From an uncultured Methylomirabilota bacterium (GTDB lineage Bacteria > Methylomirabilota > Methylomirabilia > Methylomirabilales > 2-02-FULL-66-22), in the NCBI GenBank assembly GCA_963845565.1, contig CAWJSJ010000002.1, positions 128,001 to 192,000 of the forward strand: a stretch of 64,000 bases of DNA, in the 5' to 3' direction. The notes below the pieces were generated by a model, which searched no databases, was not told the origin of the DNA, and saw only the letters and a program-made list of their open reading frames with translations. Position numbers and translations under genes: made by a program. Positions 20,326-29,892 of this stretch are shown piece by piece. Position 1 is the first letter of the stretch, and each line of letters starts with the position of its first letter.

Positions 20326-20763
20326 ATGAGAAACGTCGATCACATTCTCCGCGACAAGGGAACCCCGTACTGGTCGGTCACACCGGATACCATGGTGTAT
20401 GAGGCGTTGGGATTGATGGCCGACAAGGACGTCGGGGCGCTCCTCGTCCTCGATGCGACGCGACTGGTCGGGATCATCTCGGAGCGAGATTACGCACGGA
20501 AGGTGATCCTTAGGGGAAAGTCGTCTCTGGGTACACCCGTTCGCGAAATCATGACGGCGAATGTGGTCACCGTGAGTCCCCAGCATACCGTGGAAGAGTG
20601 CATGGCCCTGATGACGGCGCGGCGCGTCCGACACCTCCCGGTCCTCGTTGCCGGCGAGGTGGTCGGAATTGTCTCCATCGGAGACCTGGTGAAGGCGAGT
20701 CTCGACGACAAGGATTTCATGATCAAGCAACTGGAGACATACATCATGGGGGATCGTCAGTAG
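20326..20763 (+). CDS. CBS domain protein
   Basis: VGALLV, GIISERDYARKV, VRHLPV, SIGDLVK; AGGAGG RBS. Confidence 0.93.
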   Translation: MRNVDHILRDKGTPYWSVTPDTMVYEALGLMADKDVGALLVLDATRLVGIISERDYARKVILRGKSSLGTPVREIMTANVVTVSPQHTVEECMALMTARRVRHLPVLVAGEVVGIVSIGDLVKASLDDKDFMIKQLETYIMGDRQ

Positions 20764-20909
20764 GCAGACGGTGATTCCTGCGCCGGTGTCAACCTTGAGC
20801 GTGTGCTATGGACGCGGTCCTGGCGGTTGCGCCCGACGCGGAGTGCCGCGACGGAGCGTCCATCCGGACACCGCTCCCCAGCAGGTCGAGGTGCGGCCCG
20901 GGAGACTTT

Positions 20910-21179
20910 CTACAACCGCGGAACGATGAGAAACGACCTGGAAGGAGAGTCGGTCGGGTCTTGAGGACGGTTTCGGCGGTCGAACGCGAGTCCCGGTTCC
21001 GGAGACTGTCCGCGATGAAGGTCTCGCCTTCGACGATCGAGGACAATCTCTACCCATTTATCTTCTGCAAATTGCCTTGCCAGGTACTGAAGCAGGTCGG
21101 GCCTGTCCGGCGCCACCACGATGAGATACCTCGGCCTGTCCCCTGTCGGTTGGGTTTTCACCAGGGGGAATTGAGTCAT
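20910..21179 (-). CDS. Small hypothetical protein with DRR motifs
   Basis: LIVVAPDRPDLLQYLARQFAED..VEIVLDRR...DRR; globular composition. Confidence 0.65.
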   Translation of the reverse strand: MTQFPLVKTQPTGDRPRYLIVVAPDRPDLLQYLARQFAEDKWVEIVLDRRRRDLHRGQSPEPGLAFDRRNRPQDPTDSPSRSFLIVPRL

Positions 21180-21184
21180 CCGCC

Positions 21185-21465
21185 GGGTTCGATGCCCCCC
21201 GATATGCCGTCTCACGACCGTGCCGGAAGACATGCGACCGCTCCACTCTCACCGGGCGAGTTCAGCAGCGCCTTTTCCAGAAAACCCCGCCAGCCCAACA
21301 GGGTCGCTCAGTTCCACCCACGCACACGACAACCCAGCAGGGGAAACCGAAACCCTCCACGGGGTAAGCCGCTCCCGAACCTGAATGGCCATGGGGCGCA
21401 CCACCCCTGCCCTGTGGGAGTCGCAAGAACCGTTCCGACTCTTTGCCGTGACGGGCCATTCCGGA
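21185..21465 (-). ncRNA. Candidate structured leader or small RNA
   Basis: TATACT -10-like hexamer just upstream; nested helices GAATGGCC/GGCCATTC, GAGTCG/CGACTC, GGGG/CCCC; no family recognised. Confidence 0.3.
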
Positions 21466-21819
21466 ACGGAGAGTATAACTCCTCGTCGCTACTGATTTCT
21501 CCGCCTCGGGGGTCCCAGGGCGCGCTCGACCGGGGAAATTGGCCCGCCCCTCCGCGGAAGGGAATCCGACACCTCTTTCTCATGTACATGATGAGATTCC
21601 ACGCGACACTGTGCGGGACAGGCGCGGTTGTCGGCTCGAGGCAGGCGAGACCCTCGACCGTAAACCGGACCGACACCCCTCCGACCGCGAGACATGGAGC
21701 GACTGGAGTGCAGGACGGATACAATTGGGGTAAACCCGGTAGGAATTGAACGTCGGCCCTGCCGACTTCCGCGATGCCGAGAGTCGCGACACCCCGCTCC
21801 CCTCGCGGATCACGGGGAC

Positions 21820-23229
21820 CTAAACTCCAAAGACCCGCCGCATGGGGATTCCCAGACGCGCGTCCCCGGCCAGCATCGCGAACACCTTCACGCCTCGCAC
21901 GGTCGCCGTCCCTTGCAGCAGGAACGTATTCTTCATCTGGAGCTCCATGAAGATGCTCGACGGGCGCTCTCTCCCGGCTGCGGCACATATCCGCTTCGCC
22001 AGTTCGAAGACATCTTCCAGTTCGTCGATCTTCTGGATGTCCCCGATGTGGAGATACACCTCGGGGAACCGCTCCAGCTCCCGGCGAACCCACGCCGTAT
22101 TGGAGAATCGCTCCGCATAGACGTGCTCGATCCCCATGGCCTGGGCGAGGCGCTGCACCTCCTCCACGGTGCGGGCGAATATGTACTCCTTTTTCTCCAG
22201 CAGATCGGGGTGACCGACGCGCGTGTCTTCACGGAAGACCGGCGTCGTTTCGATGGCGTCTACGGCCAGGAAGACCTCCCCGCCGTCCCGGGTGGCCGCC
22301 AGCACGGGCAGCAGGTGCACCTTCATGACGAACTCACCGTCGTAATGGACCTTCAGGATCTGGTAGTTCCGGTCCAGGAACCAGGAAAAGACCGTCCAAT
22401 AAATGTTCTCCACGTCCCGGTCCACCTGCCGGAAGAGCTTGTCCGCCGTGCAGTCTCCGACCTCCTTGCCGAGCGCGAGGAACGAGCCGTCCCGCGGTGC
22501 GAACGTGACCTCGACGTCGCGGCCCCGGACAAACGACAGCCGATCCACCCCGGCGACCGGCACGTGCCGCGACACCTCCCAGAGGATCCGGGCGACCTCG
22601 TCGGCGTGGGTGGCGAGGCGCTCCTTGGCCCATCGGTGCAGGTCGGTGCCCAACAGGCGGGTGATTGTGCCCAGATGATCCCGGGCGTGGAGGAGGGCGA
22701 GCGCCTGCGCGATCCGCCCCCGCTCACCCTCGTGGGCGGGATTCCGATGCCGCTTGGCCAGGATCTCCTTGACCTTTTCCGGGAACCGATCCGCCGGGAT
22801 GGACCGCAGTGTGGAGAGCGGAACGAACGCGTTGACGTGCAGATACGTCAGGACGTCTACCGCCAAGCAGTCGGCCAGGCCGGCGCGGTTCTCTTCGACG
22901 ATCTGTCCCAAGGTCCAAGGGTCATTGAAGCGGTGGAATCGAGCGATGTCGACCCCGAAATCTTTCCGGAAGTCCCGCCCCCAGCGCTCGTAGAACTGCG
23001 CCAGAAGCTCGGGCAACCCGTTTCCGTCCCGCAACAGATCGAGGACGGCGAGTCCCACCGGGAGGTTCAGCGCCCGCCTGGCCCGGCGGTTCTTGACATC
23101 CGAGAGGAGCCCGAAATCACTGGGGAGGCGCCCGTGCTCGTCCTGGGCGGCCTGGAGATGCAACTGGACCGGCCCTTTGCCTTCGACGAATCCGATCAGG
23201 ATGGGATCGTAGCTCTGAAGTGGCGGCAT
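21820..23229 (-). CDS. Hypothetical protein (469 aa), C-terminal half possibly GNAT/PcfJ-like
   Basis: Long ORF with coding-like composition; LALGKEVGDC motif followed by beta-rich segments. Confidence 0.75.
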   Translation of the reverse strand: MPPLQSYDPILIGFVEGKGPVQLHLQAAQDEHGRLPSDFGLLSDVKNRRARRALNLPVGLAVLDLLRDGNGLPELLAQFYERWGRDFRKDFGVDIARFHRFNDPWTLGQIVEENRAGLADCLAVDVLTYLHVNAFVPLSTLRSIPADRFPEKVKEILAKRHRNPAHEGERGRIAQALALLHARDHLGTITRLLGTDLHRWAKERLATHADEVARILWEVSRHVPVAGVDRLSFVRGRDVEVTFAPRDGSFLALGKEVGDCTADKLFRQVDRDVENIYWTVFSWFLDRNYQILKVHYDGEFVMKVHLLPVLAATRDGGEVFLAVDAIETTPVFREDTRVGHPDLLEKKEYIFARTVEEVQRLAQAMGIEHVYAERFSNTAWVRRELERFPEVYLHIGDIQKIDELEDVFELAKRICAAAGRERPSSIFMELQMKNTFLLQGTATVRGVKVFAMLAGDARLGIPMRRVFGV

Positions 23230-23391
23230 GGCGCGTCTAGTACACTCCCACGGTTTTGTTTCATCGAGCGGGTGCAGTGGAGAGGGGATTCTCGCGCATC
23301 GGAGACCGTCGGACAAGCACAGTCCGAGGATTGGTCGGAAGACTGTGCGGCCGACCATTCTTGGCCTCCCCGGCAGGACGGCACAAGTTCC

Positions 23392-23688
23392 TTACGGGGT
23401 TCCCGGCGGCGCGCCCATCTTCCGGTTCAGATGGTAGACGAAGGCGAGCACCTCGGCGACCGCATAGTACAGCGGCTCGGGGATCTCCCGGTCGATGTCG
23501 AGCGTCGCGAGCGCGGCTACCAGGCCCGGATCCTCGTGGATGTGGACATGGTGGGCCCGCGCAATCTCGACGATGCGCTCGGCAAGCAAACGATCGCCCT
23601 TGGCAACCACCCGCGGCGCCTTGTCCTTGCCCCGCTCGTAGCGCAGGGCGACGGCCTTGCGGACAGCGGGGCGGCGTGGGTCGTTCAT
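23392..23688 (-). CDS. FlhB C-terminal-like (EscU/YscU/HrcU family) small protein
   Basis: KAVALRY, APRVVAKG, EIPEPLYYAVAEVLAFVY. Confidence 0.92.
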   Translation of the reverse strand: MNDPRRPAVRKAVALRYERGKDKAPRVVAKGDRLLAERIVEIARAHHVHIHEDPGLVAALATLDIDREIPEPLYYAVAEVLAFVYHLNRKMGAPPGTP

Positions 23689-25253
23689 GCTTGGACGCTG
23701 ACCCCCGTGAACTGCGCAAAGAGTCCCACGGCCTCGGAAATCCGGTCCCCGTCCCAAAGCGAAGCGCTCACCCGTGCGTCGCGGTACCCCGCGGCGCCCA
23801 ATCGCTCCGTCAACTCCGGCGCATGCGCTGCGACGGCGCGCACGACCTCCGGCGTCCGCGCCCGAATCCGGCACCGGCAGGCGCCCTGATGAATGGCCAG
23901 CGTAATCCAGAGGTCGCCCAGTTGCGTCGTCGTCAGATCGATCGCCACCGCGGCGTTCTGCGGATCGAACCGCTGCTTCCGGCCTCGCCCCTCGCCCAGG
24001 ACGTGGATCTGGGCGTTCCGGATCGGCGCGGTCGGCGGAAAGGGCACCTCGAAGAACAGGTACGGCGCCTCTTGCCCGCGAAGATTCTGGAGTTGGCCAC
24101 CGGTCTGACGGTCCAGCACCCGCTGCGTCGCCTGGTCGAAATGCGCCTGCTGCCCCGTCTGACGGAGGAACCCCGCGAACCCGTCGTTCTGGCGCAATCG
24201 CTCGATCTGCGTCCGTACGTCCTGCACGATCTTGGCCACCACGGCCTCCAGCCGACCCGACGCCAAGGCTGCCGCCAGGCGCGCCTCGACGGGTTGACCC
24301 GTGCGTTCCGCCGCGGAGCGCACGGCGTCGAGGGGCGCCGGGTCTAGGCTGTTGACGATCTGGCGGATGATCCGGGCGAGACCCTCGACTTCTACGCGGG
24401 GAAAAATGGGCGCTCCGTCGCGTGGCGTGGTTGCCTGCCCGGCGAGAAACGCGCGGATCGCTGCGGCGAGAGCCTCAGGGTCCGCGACGGCGGTGCGCTG
24501 CAGGAATTGCGGCTCCGCCGCGAGGAATCTGACGATGAGACCGACGAGGTCGCGCCCCTCGGGGAGGTCCTGTGTCGCCGACGCCGGCGGCAGGATGGCC
24601 GCGGCGAAAAGACAGCGCTGGATCGCGTCCACCAGCCCCGCCGTCGGGACGGGCGCCGCGCCGCGTTGCTGCCATGCGGCGTCGGATGGCAGCCACTGCC
24701 GCACCAGGCCAGCGAACGATTCTGCGTCCTGCGCCGCGAGCGCGCCCCGGGCTGCGGCCTCGCCGGTCACGCGCACGAGGAAGCCAAGATCCTCGCCGAC
24801 CGATGCCTCCGCCAGAAAGAGCGACAGCACCAACCGCACCGCCGTCTGTGTCGGGGGCAGCTGCGGCGGTAGGAGTTTCGCGGCCTGGGGAGCGACCTCG
24901 ACCGCGCCAAGGTGTTCCAGGATGCTGAGGATCGTAGGGGTCATGACATCGGACACCCGGTCCGCAGAGACAGCGGGCGGCGCGGTCGGGTGAAGCGGCA
25001 GCAAGCGTACCCTGAAACCCTGGTCCCCTTGAAGAACCTCGCCCCACACCCGCTGCCCTTCCTGGAGATTGATCACGGCGTCTCCGACCAACGCCAGCGA
25101 GAGGGGTCCGACCCGCAACACCACTCCTCCCTCGACGAACTCGGCAACCCCCTGAATCACCTGGCCCGGGCGCAGCAAGGGGGCCTGGCCCGTCCCGCCG
25201 TCCCAGAGCGGCCCGCTCGGATCAACGCCGCCGATCCCGCCCATGTCACCCAT
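23685..25253 (-). CDS. FliK-like (hook-length control) C-terminal domain protein
   Basis: C-terminal YLFFEVP...IDLTTTQLGDLWITL...ELTERL; overlaps the flhB-C gene by 4 nt. Confidence 0.65.
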   Translation of the reverse strand: MGDMGGIGGVDPSGPLWDGGTGQAPLLRPGQVIQGVAEFVEGGVVLRVGPLSLALVGDAVINLQEGQRVWGEVLQGDQGFRVRLLPLHPTAPPAVSADRVSDVMTPTILSILEHLGAVEVAPQAAKLLPPQLPPTQTAVRLVLSLFLAEASVGEDLGFLVRVTGEAAARGALAAQDAESFAGLVRQWLPSDAAWQQRGAAPVPTAGLVDAIQRCLFAAAILPPASATQDLPEGRDLVGLIVRFLAAEPQFLQRTAVADPEALAAAIRAFLAGQATTPRDGAPIFPRVEVEGLARIIRQIVNSLDPAPLDAVRSAAERTGQPVEARLAAALASGRLEAVVAKIVQDVRTQIERLRQNDGFAGFLRQTGQQAHFDQATQRVLDRQTGGQLQNLRGQEAPYLFFEVPFPPTAPIRNAQIHVLGEGRGRKQRFDPQNAAVAIDLTTTQLGDLWITLAIHQGACRCRIRARTPEVVRAVAAHAPELTERLGAAGYRDARVSASLWDGDRISEAVGLFAQFTGVSVQA

Positions 25254-25546
25254 TCTCCGCGCTGGAGCCCCTGGAATCTCTTGGATCGTCGCGGCGCGCC
25301 CCGCGGGGGTACCGCGCAGCTCACGCCGCCACACCGCCCGGGGCAGACGACCCGCCGGCAATTCTACAGGCGTCGGCTCCGAGAACAAGCCAAAACCGCG
25401 CCGGCGCACGCCGTCCGCTCCGGTGAGCGCGGAACAGCAGTATCTACTTGCCAGCGGTCAAGCCGTTCGTTAGCCTGATTTCAGCCAAGGCAGCGGGCAA
25501 TCATGCGCGTGCTCGCTCCCGACCTCTGGCGGAGGCATCGACCCGT

Positions 25547-26770
25547 ATGCCGACCCTGAGACACGCCGTCGCCCTGTTTCTTCCCGGTGGCCTGGTGGTG
25601 GCGGGCGCCCTGGTGGTGCTGCGCCCGGGCGTGGTACCGGGCATCGTCGACGTGTACGTCCATGTCTGGGCCGTCCTCATCCTGCTGGTCGGCGTCTTCC
25701 TGGGCTGGTACTACAACCGCGGACGGATCGTCTTTGCGCTCCTCCTCCTGACCGGGGTCGACGTGGCGCTGCGGTGGCTCGGGTCCGGCGATGCCTTTCG
25801 CGGGGAGGCTGGGCGTGTGGTCGCTGCGGCGGTCGCCGTCCTCCTTCCCTTGAATCTTGCCGCCTACGCCGTCGTGGCCGAACGCGCCCCCTTGACCGGT
25901 AGAAGCCTGAAGCGCCTCATCCCGATTCTCGCGCAGGTGGTCGGCGTCGCCCTGATCGCACATGGGCAGGGCCCCGCCGTGGCAACGTGGCTGAACCATC
26001 GTGTCGCCGATGTCGGCTGGACAGACTGGACGGCCATCCCCCAAACCGGAGTGTTGGCATTCGCCGCCGCGGCTTTCTACCTGGTTACCCGTTGCGCTCG
26101 CCACCAGGATCCCACCGAGGCGGGGTTCCTCTGGGCGCTGGTGGCCGCGTTCGTCGCGCTGCACGGGATTTCGCGAGGATGGAGCCCGACGGCGTTCCTG
26201 GCCGTCGGCGGTTGGGTGCTCATCGGAGCCTTGCTGGAGACCGGGCACCGCACGCGGTACTACGACGCGCTCACCGAGCTTCCGGGTGTTCGCGCACTGA
26301 ACGACACCCTGTCCCAGCTTGGGGGTCGCTACGTCCTGGCGCTGGTGCGGGTGGACCACTTCAAGCGACTCCGGGCGTCCTTCGGCCGCGAGGTGGGAGA
26401 CCAAATCGTCCGCATGGTGGCCACGCAGCTCCGCCGCGTTGACGGCGGAGGGATGCCCTTCCGGTACGGCGGGGACGGCTTCGCGGTCCTCTTCGCCGGT
26501 GCGTCGATCGAGGACGCAATGGGGCACCTCGACGCGGCGCGGCGCACCATCGCCGCCTATTGCTTTCTCTTGCGCGGCCCGGGTCGCCCGCGAAGGAAGC
26601 CCACCGCCCCGACCCCCGCCACCGGGCCCCGCGTGGTCATCACCGTCACCGTGAGCATCGGCGGCGCCGAGCGCGAGGACGAGACGATGCGGCACCGACA
26701 GGTGATCCGGCTGGCCCACGGGGCCCTTCGCGACGCCACCGCTGCCGGCGGCAACCAGGTGACCGCCTGA
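25547..26770 (+). CDS. Multi-TM protein with a degenerate GGDEF domain
   Basis: About 8 TM helices; DALTELP, VDHFK, RYGGDGF, VTVSIG. Confidence 0.88.
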   Translation: MPTLRHAVALFLPGGLVVAGALVVLRPGVVPGIVDVYVHVWAVLILLVGVFLGWYYNRGRIVFALLLLTGVDVALRWLGSGDAFRGEAGRVVAAAVAVLLPLNLAAYAVVAERAPLTGRSLKRLIPILAQVVGVALIAHGQGPAVATWLNHRVADVGWTDWTAIPQTGVLAFAAAAFYLVTRCARHQDPTEAGFLWALVAAFVALHGISRGWSPTAFLAVGGWVLIGALLETGHRTRYYDALTELPGVRALNDTLSQLGGRYVLALVRVDHFKRLRASFGREVGDQIVRMVATQLRRVDGGGMPFRYGGDGFAVLFAGASIEDAMGHLDAARRTIAAYCFLLRGPGRPRRKPTAPTPATGPRVVITVTVSIGGAEREDETMRHRQVIRLAHGALRDATAAGGNQVTA

Positions 26771-26997
26771 TCGGCGAACCGCGAGCCTCGCCCGATACCC
26801 CATCCCGATCGCAGAACCGCCGCCGCATGGGCGCACGCGCCACGCATCCTCGGCGCCTGCTCACTTGTACTTGTCCACCAGCCCCTGGCAGATCGCCCCG
26901 GCGGGTCGGGTGGCGCAGTCCCGCCTGATCAGACCGCAGGCTGCCTCGGCGATCTGGTCGTTTCATGGATGGGTCTCGTCGTGCGGTGTAGGAGGGG

Positions 26998-28260
26998 TCA
27001 CCAGCGGTGGTCGTGCGACGCGCCGAGCGCACGGGCGACGGTGGCGTGGAGGTAGCGGACCTCGTCGTCGGGCAGGCCGGCCCCGAAGGCGACCAGTCCT
27101 TTCCGGCTCTTCACGATGATCCCCTTGGAGGTGACCAGCCGTCGCAACAGGCCGAGCCAGCGCGGCACCTCGCGGCCGGGCCCCGGGAGCGGCGGAATCC
27201 GTTGTCCGGCCTGCGCCAGGCGGCCCTCTGCGCCGCGCCGCGCCGACTGGAAGGCGGTATCCGCCGTCCCGTAGTCAAGGGCGAGGATGTCCGCGGCGAG
27301 AATGCGAGTGGTCTTGACGCGCCAGGCGCTACGCTCCTCGATGACGATCCCCTCCGGCGAGGCCGTCACCAGGCTGCCGCCCCGCTTGGCCAGGGCGACG
27401 GCATTGACGACCCCGATGAGGGGAACGACGACCAGGATCAACGTGGCGACGGCGAAGAAGACGATCTGCACGGTCTCCGGGGTGCGGGTCCGGTGGAAAA
27501 ATTCGAGGAGTCCGGGAGCCAGGTAGCCCAGGAGGGCGATGGAGAAGACAGGCCCGATGAGCTTACTTCGCTTGAAACCGGGCCCCGGCAGCACGATCTC
27601 GACCGCGCGGCTCGACTCGCGGACCTGGCACTGCATCCGGAGTGGGCGGGCGGCCTCCGCGCTCGCGTCCTCCCCGGAACGCAACCGCTCCTGGAGCGTC
27701 GCGTCCACCCCGTCCGCGTCGCGTACCGACTCGTGGTCCGTGGTGGCATCCACCAAGGGGAGTTTCAGGAGTTTGGAGACCGCGGCGGCCTGCTCGCGCG
27801 ACTCGCCGTACTGCGTGGAGCTGGACAGCGCGCAATCCGTGCCGCCGGATCTGGCCCGAAGGAGGACGGGGTACCGATCGGCCGAGTCCGAGTCGCCCGC
27901 CGCGAACCGGAGCAGCACCGCGTCGTAACCATCAAGGCGCTGCTCCTCGCCCCGCAGGGGGACGAGGAGCCCCCACTCTCTCCGGAGGGTTCCACGCCCG
28001 GCGTCCAGCGTGATCCAGCGTCGCCCGAGCACCAGCCCGCCCCCCACGACGACGAAAACGAGTCCCATCAGGAAGAGCAGCGGCCAGGCCCAGGTGGGAA
28101 CGTCGGCGGCGTTGCTCATCGGGACGATTCGTAAGCCGATCAGGACCACGAAGATCCCGGCGAGAAGGAACGGAAGGCCGAACAGCGAGAGGCAGCCCCC
28201 ACCCTCTTTGATCTGGAGCCGATCCGGCGCCACCAACCGGAATGGGCCTGCCGATCCCAT
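26998..28260 (-). CDS. Hypothetical membrane protein
   Basis: Two TM hairpins, each followed by a soluble segment; GGAGGAG RBS. Confidence 0.7.
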   Translation of the reverse strand: MGSAGPFRLVAPDRLQIKEGGGCLSLFGLPFLLAGIFVVLIGLRIVPMSNAADVPTWAWPLLFLMGLVFVVVGGGLVLGRRWITLDAGRGTLRREWGLLVPLRGEEQRLDGYDAVLLRFAAGDSDSADRYPVLLRARSGGTDCALSSSTQYGESREQAAAVSKLLKLPLVDATTDHESVRDADGVDATLQERLRSGEDASAEAARPLRMQCQVRESSRAVEIVLPGPGFKRSKLIGPVFSIALLGYLAPGLLEFFHRTRTPETVQIVFFAVATLILVVVPLIGVVNAVALAKRGGSLVTASPEGIVIEERSAWRVKTTRILAADILALDYGTADTAFQSARRGAEGRLAQAGQRIPPLPGPGREVPRWLGLLRRLVTSKGIIVKSRKGLVAFGAGLPDDEVRYLHATVARALGASHDHRW

Positions 28261-28388
28261 GCGAGCTCTCCTCCCTGCGCCCCACGCCGAAGCATACCCT
28301 AGCACCCCGGCAGAGAGAGTCAAGCCCGCTCGGCAGGCCGCTTGTGTTCATCGACAACCGGTTCGGAAAAGCGGTGCGACGGTTCGCG

Positions 28389-28655
28389 TCACCCGCCGCT
28401 CAGGGCCCCCAGGATGTGAACCCGCTCACCGGCGCCGATGGGGTGCTGCAGATCACGCGCCAGCTCATTACCGACGAAGAAGTTCATGTGGGGGCGGATG
28501 CGGTCCTGTTCGTCAATCACGCGGAACCGGATACCGGGATACTGCGACTCCAGGTCGAGCATCAACTCGGCGAGGTTCCCGCCCTCCGCGGTCACCTCGG
28601 CCTGCCCGTCGGTATAGGAGCGGACGTGGGACGAAAGATACACTTTCACCGGCAT
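28389..28655 (-). CDS. MoaD/ThiS family ubiquitin-like protein
   Basis: YPGIRFRVIDEQDRIRPHMNFFV; C-terminal ALSGG. Confidence 0.9.
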   Translation of the reverse strand: MPVKVYLSSHVRSYTDGQAEVTAEGGNLAELMLDLESQYPGIRFRVIDEQDRIRPHMNFFVGNELARDLQHPIGAGERVHILGALSGG

Positions 28656-28686
28656 CGTCGTGATTCTCCCTGGCATTCCGCCGCGC

Positions 28687-29892
28687 CTATCGCACAAGCG
28701 CCTCGATCGCCAGCACTGGAGGAAGATGCGAGGCGACCTGTCGCCAGCTCTCGCCTTCATCCCGACTCCCCCAGACCTCGCCGGTGGTGGTGCCGAGATA
28801 GAGCCCGACGGGGTCCTGCGTGTCGCACGTCATGGCTTGGCGGAATACCGTGAGCCACCCGTGCGCAGTGGGAAACCCCGTGGCGCCGCGACTCCAGTTT
28901 CGGCCGCCGTCTCGACTGCGGAACACGGCAGGGCGGCCGCCCGGCGCCGTGCGCGGCCAGACCGACGTGCCGTCCATGGGAAAGACCCACACGGTGTCCG
29001 GGTCCCGCGGATGCGCGACGATGGGAAAACCGACGTCCCCCACCTCGGCCGGCAGGTTCCGTCCGATCCGCTCCCAGCGCACGGCCGGGCGGTCCAGCCG
29101 GTACACCCCGCAGTGATTCTGCTGGTAAAGACGGTCGGGATCGGCCGGGCTCAGGACCATGCAGTGGGGGTCCTGGCCGAACTCGGGGTCCGGGTCCGGT
29201 AGGAAATCGGCCGAAACGCCCTGGTTCAGGGGGCGCCAGCTCGCGCCGGCATCGGCGGTCTCGAAGGATCCCCCTGTGGAAAGGGAGACGTACAGGTGGT
29301 TGGGGTCGCGTGGGTCCACCAGGATTGAATGTGTGATTGCCCCTCCTGGCGTGGGGAAGAAGCGGGGCGGTTTCTGCTGGCGGAGCCCGTCCAGGTAGTC
29401 GCTGAACCCGACGACCAGTTCCCAGCTCACGCCGCCGTCCTCTGAACGGAACAGCGCGTGGGGTACCGACCCCGCCCACCAGACGCCCGGCTGGCTCGCG
29501 TGCCCTGGAGCGAGACAGAAGACTCGGTCCAGCGCCGGCCCGTTCTGCCCCTCTGACACCTTGGGAAACGCCGGTGGCCGCCGCGCCTCGCTCCAGCCTT
29601 GCCCCCCATCGGTGGAACGGAAGATTGTCGGACCCAGGTGGCCGGTCTTCGCCGCCAAGAGCCAGGTTGTCCCGTCGCGCGGATCGCTCGTCAGATGATT
29701 GGTCTCGTGCCCCAGGAAGTGCGGCTCCTCGATCCGCCAGGCCCGTCGCAACGAATCGCCTCGCAGCACGAACGCACCCTTGCGCGTCGCCACGAGGAGA
29801 TCGACGTGACGTCGCACACGCCCCGACCGAACCGCAGCGATGCCTCGTGACCCCGACCTCGTTCCTGTCGTCTGCTTCGCCTCCGCCATCAT
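28687..29892 (-). CDS. BNR/Asp-box beta-propeller protein (sialidase-like)
   Basis: Repeated RSxDGGxxW Asp-boxes; GQDPHC, YQQNHCG. Confidence 0.88.
   Translation of the reverse strand: MMAEAKQTTGTRSGSRGIAAVRSGRVRRHVDLLVATRKGAFVLRGDSLRRAWRIEEPHFLGHETNHLTSDPRDGTTWLLAAKTGHLGPTIFRSTDGGQGWSEARRPPAFPKVSEGQNGPALDRVFCLAPGHASQPGVWWAGSVPHALFRSEDGGVSWELVVGFSDYLDGLRQQKPPRFFPTPGGAITHSILVDPRDPNHLYVSLSTGGSFETADAGASWRPLNQGVSADFLPDPDPEFGQDPHCMVLSPADPDRLYQQNHCGVYRLDRPAVRWERIGRNLPAEVGDVGFPIVAHPRDPDTVWVFPMDGTSVWPRTAPGGRPAVFRSRDGGRNWSRGATGFPTAHGWLTVFRQAMTCDTQDPVGLYLGTTTGEVWGSRDEGESWRQVASHLPPVLAIEALVR

Noticed and set aside
21383..21462. tRNA, c-di-GMP or c-di-AMP riboswitch, or 6S RNA
   Set aside because: No TTC T-loop, D-loop or CCA, and no riboswitch consensus recognised; kept only as an unassigned structured candidate
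21694..23889. 731-aa plus-strand ORF and many other long antisense or alternate-frame ORFs
   Set aside because: Shadow ORFs of real genes in high-GC DNA, with no recognisable motifs
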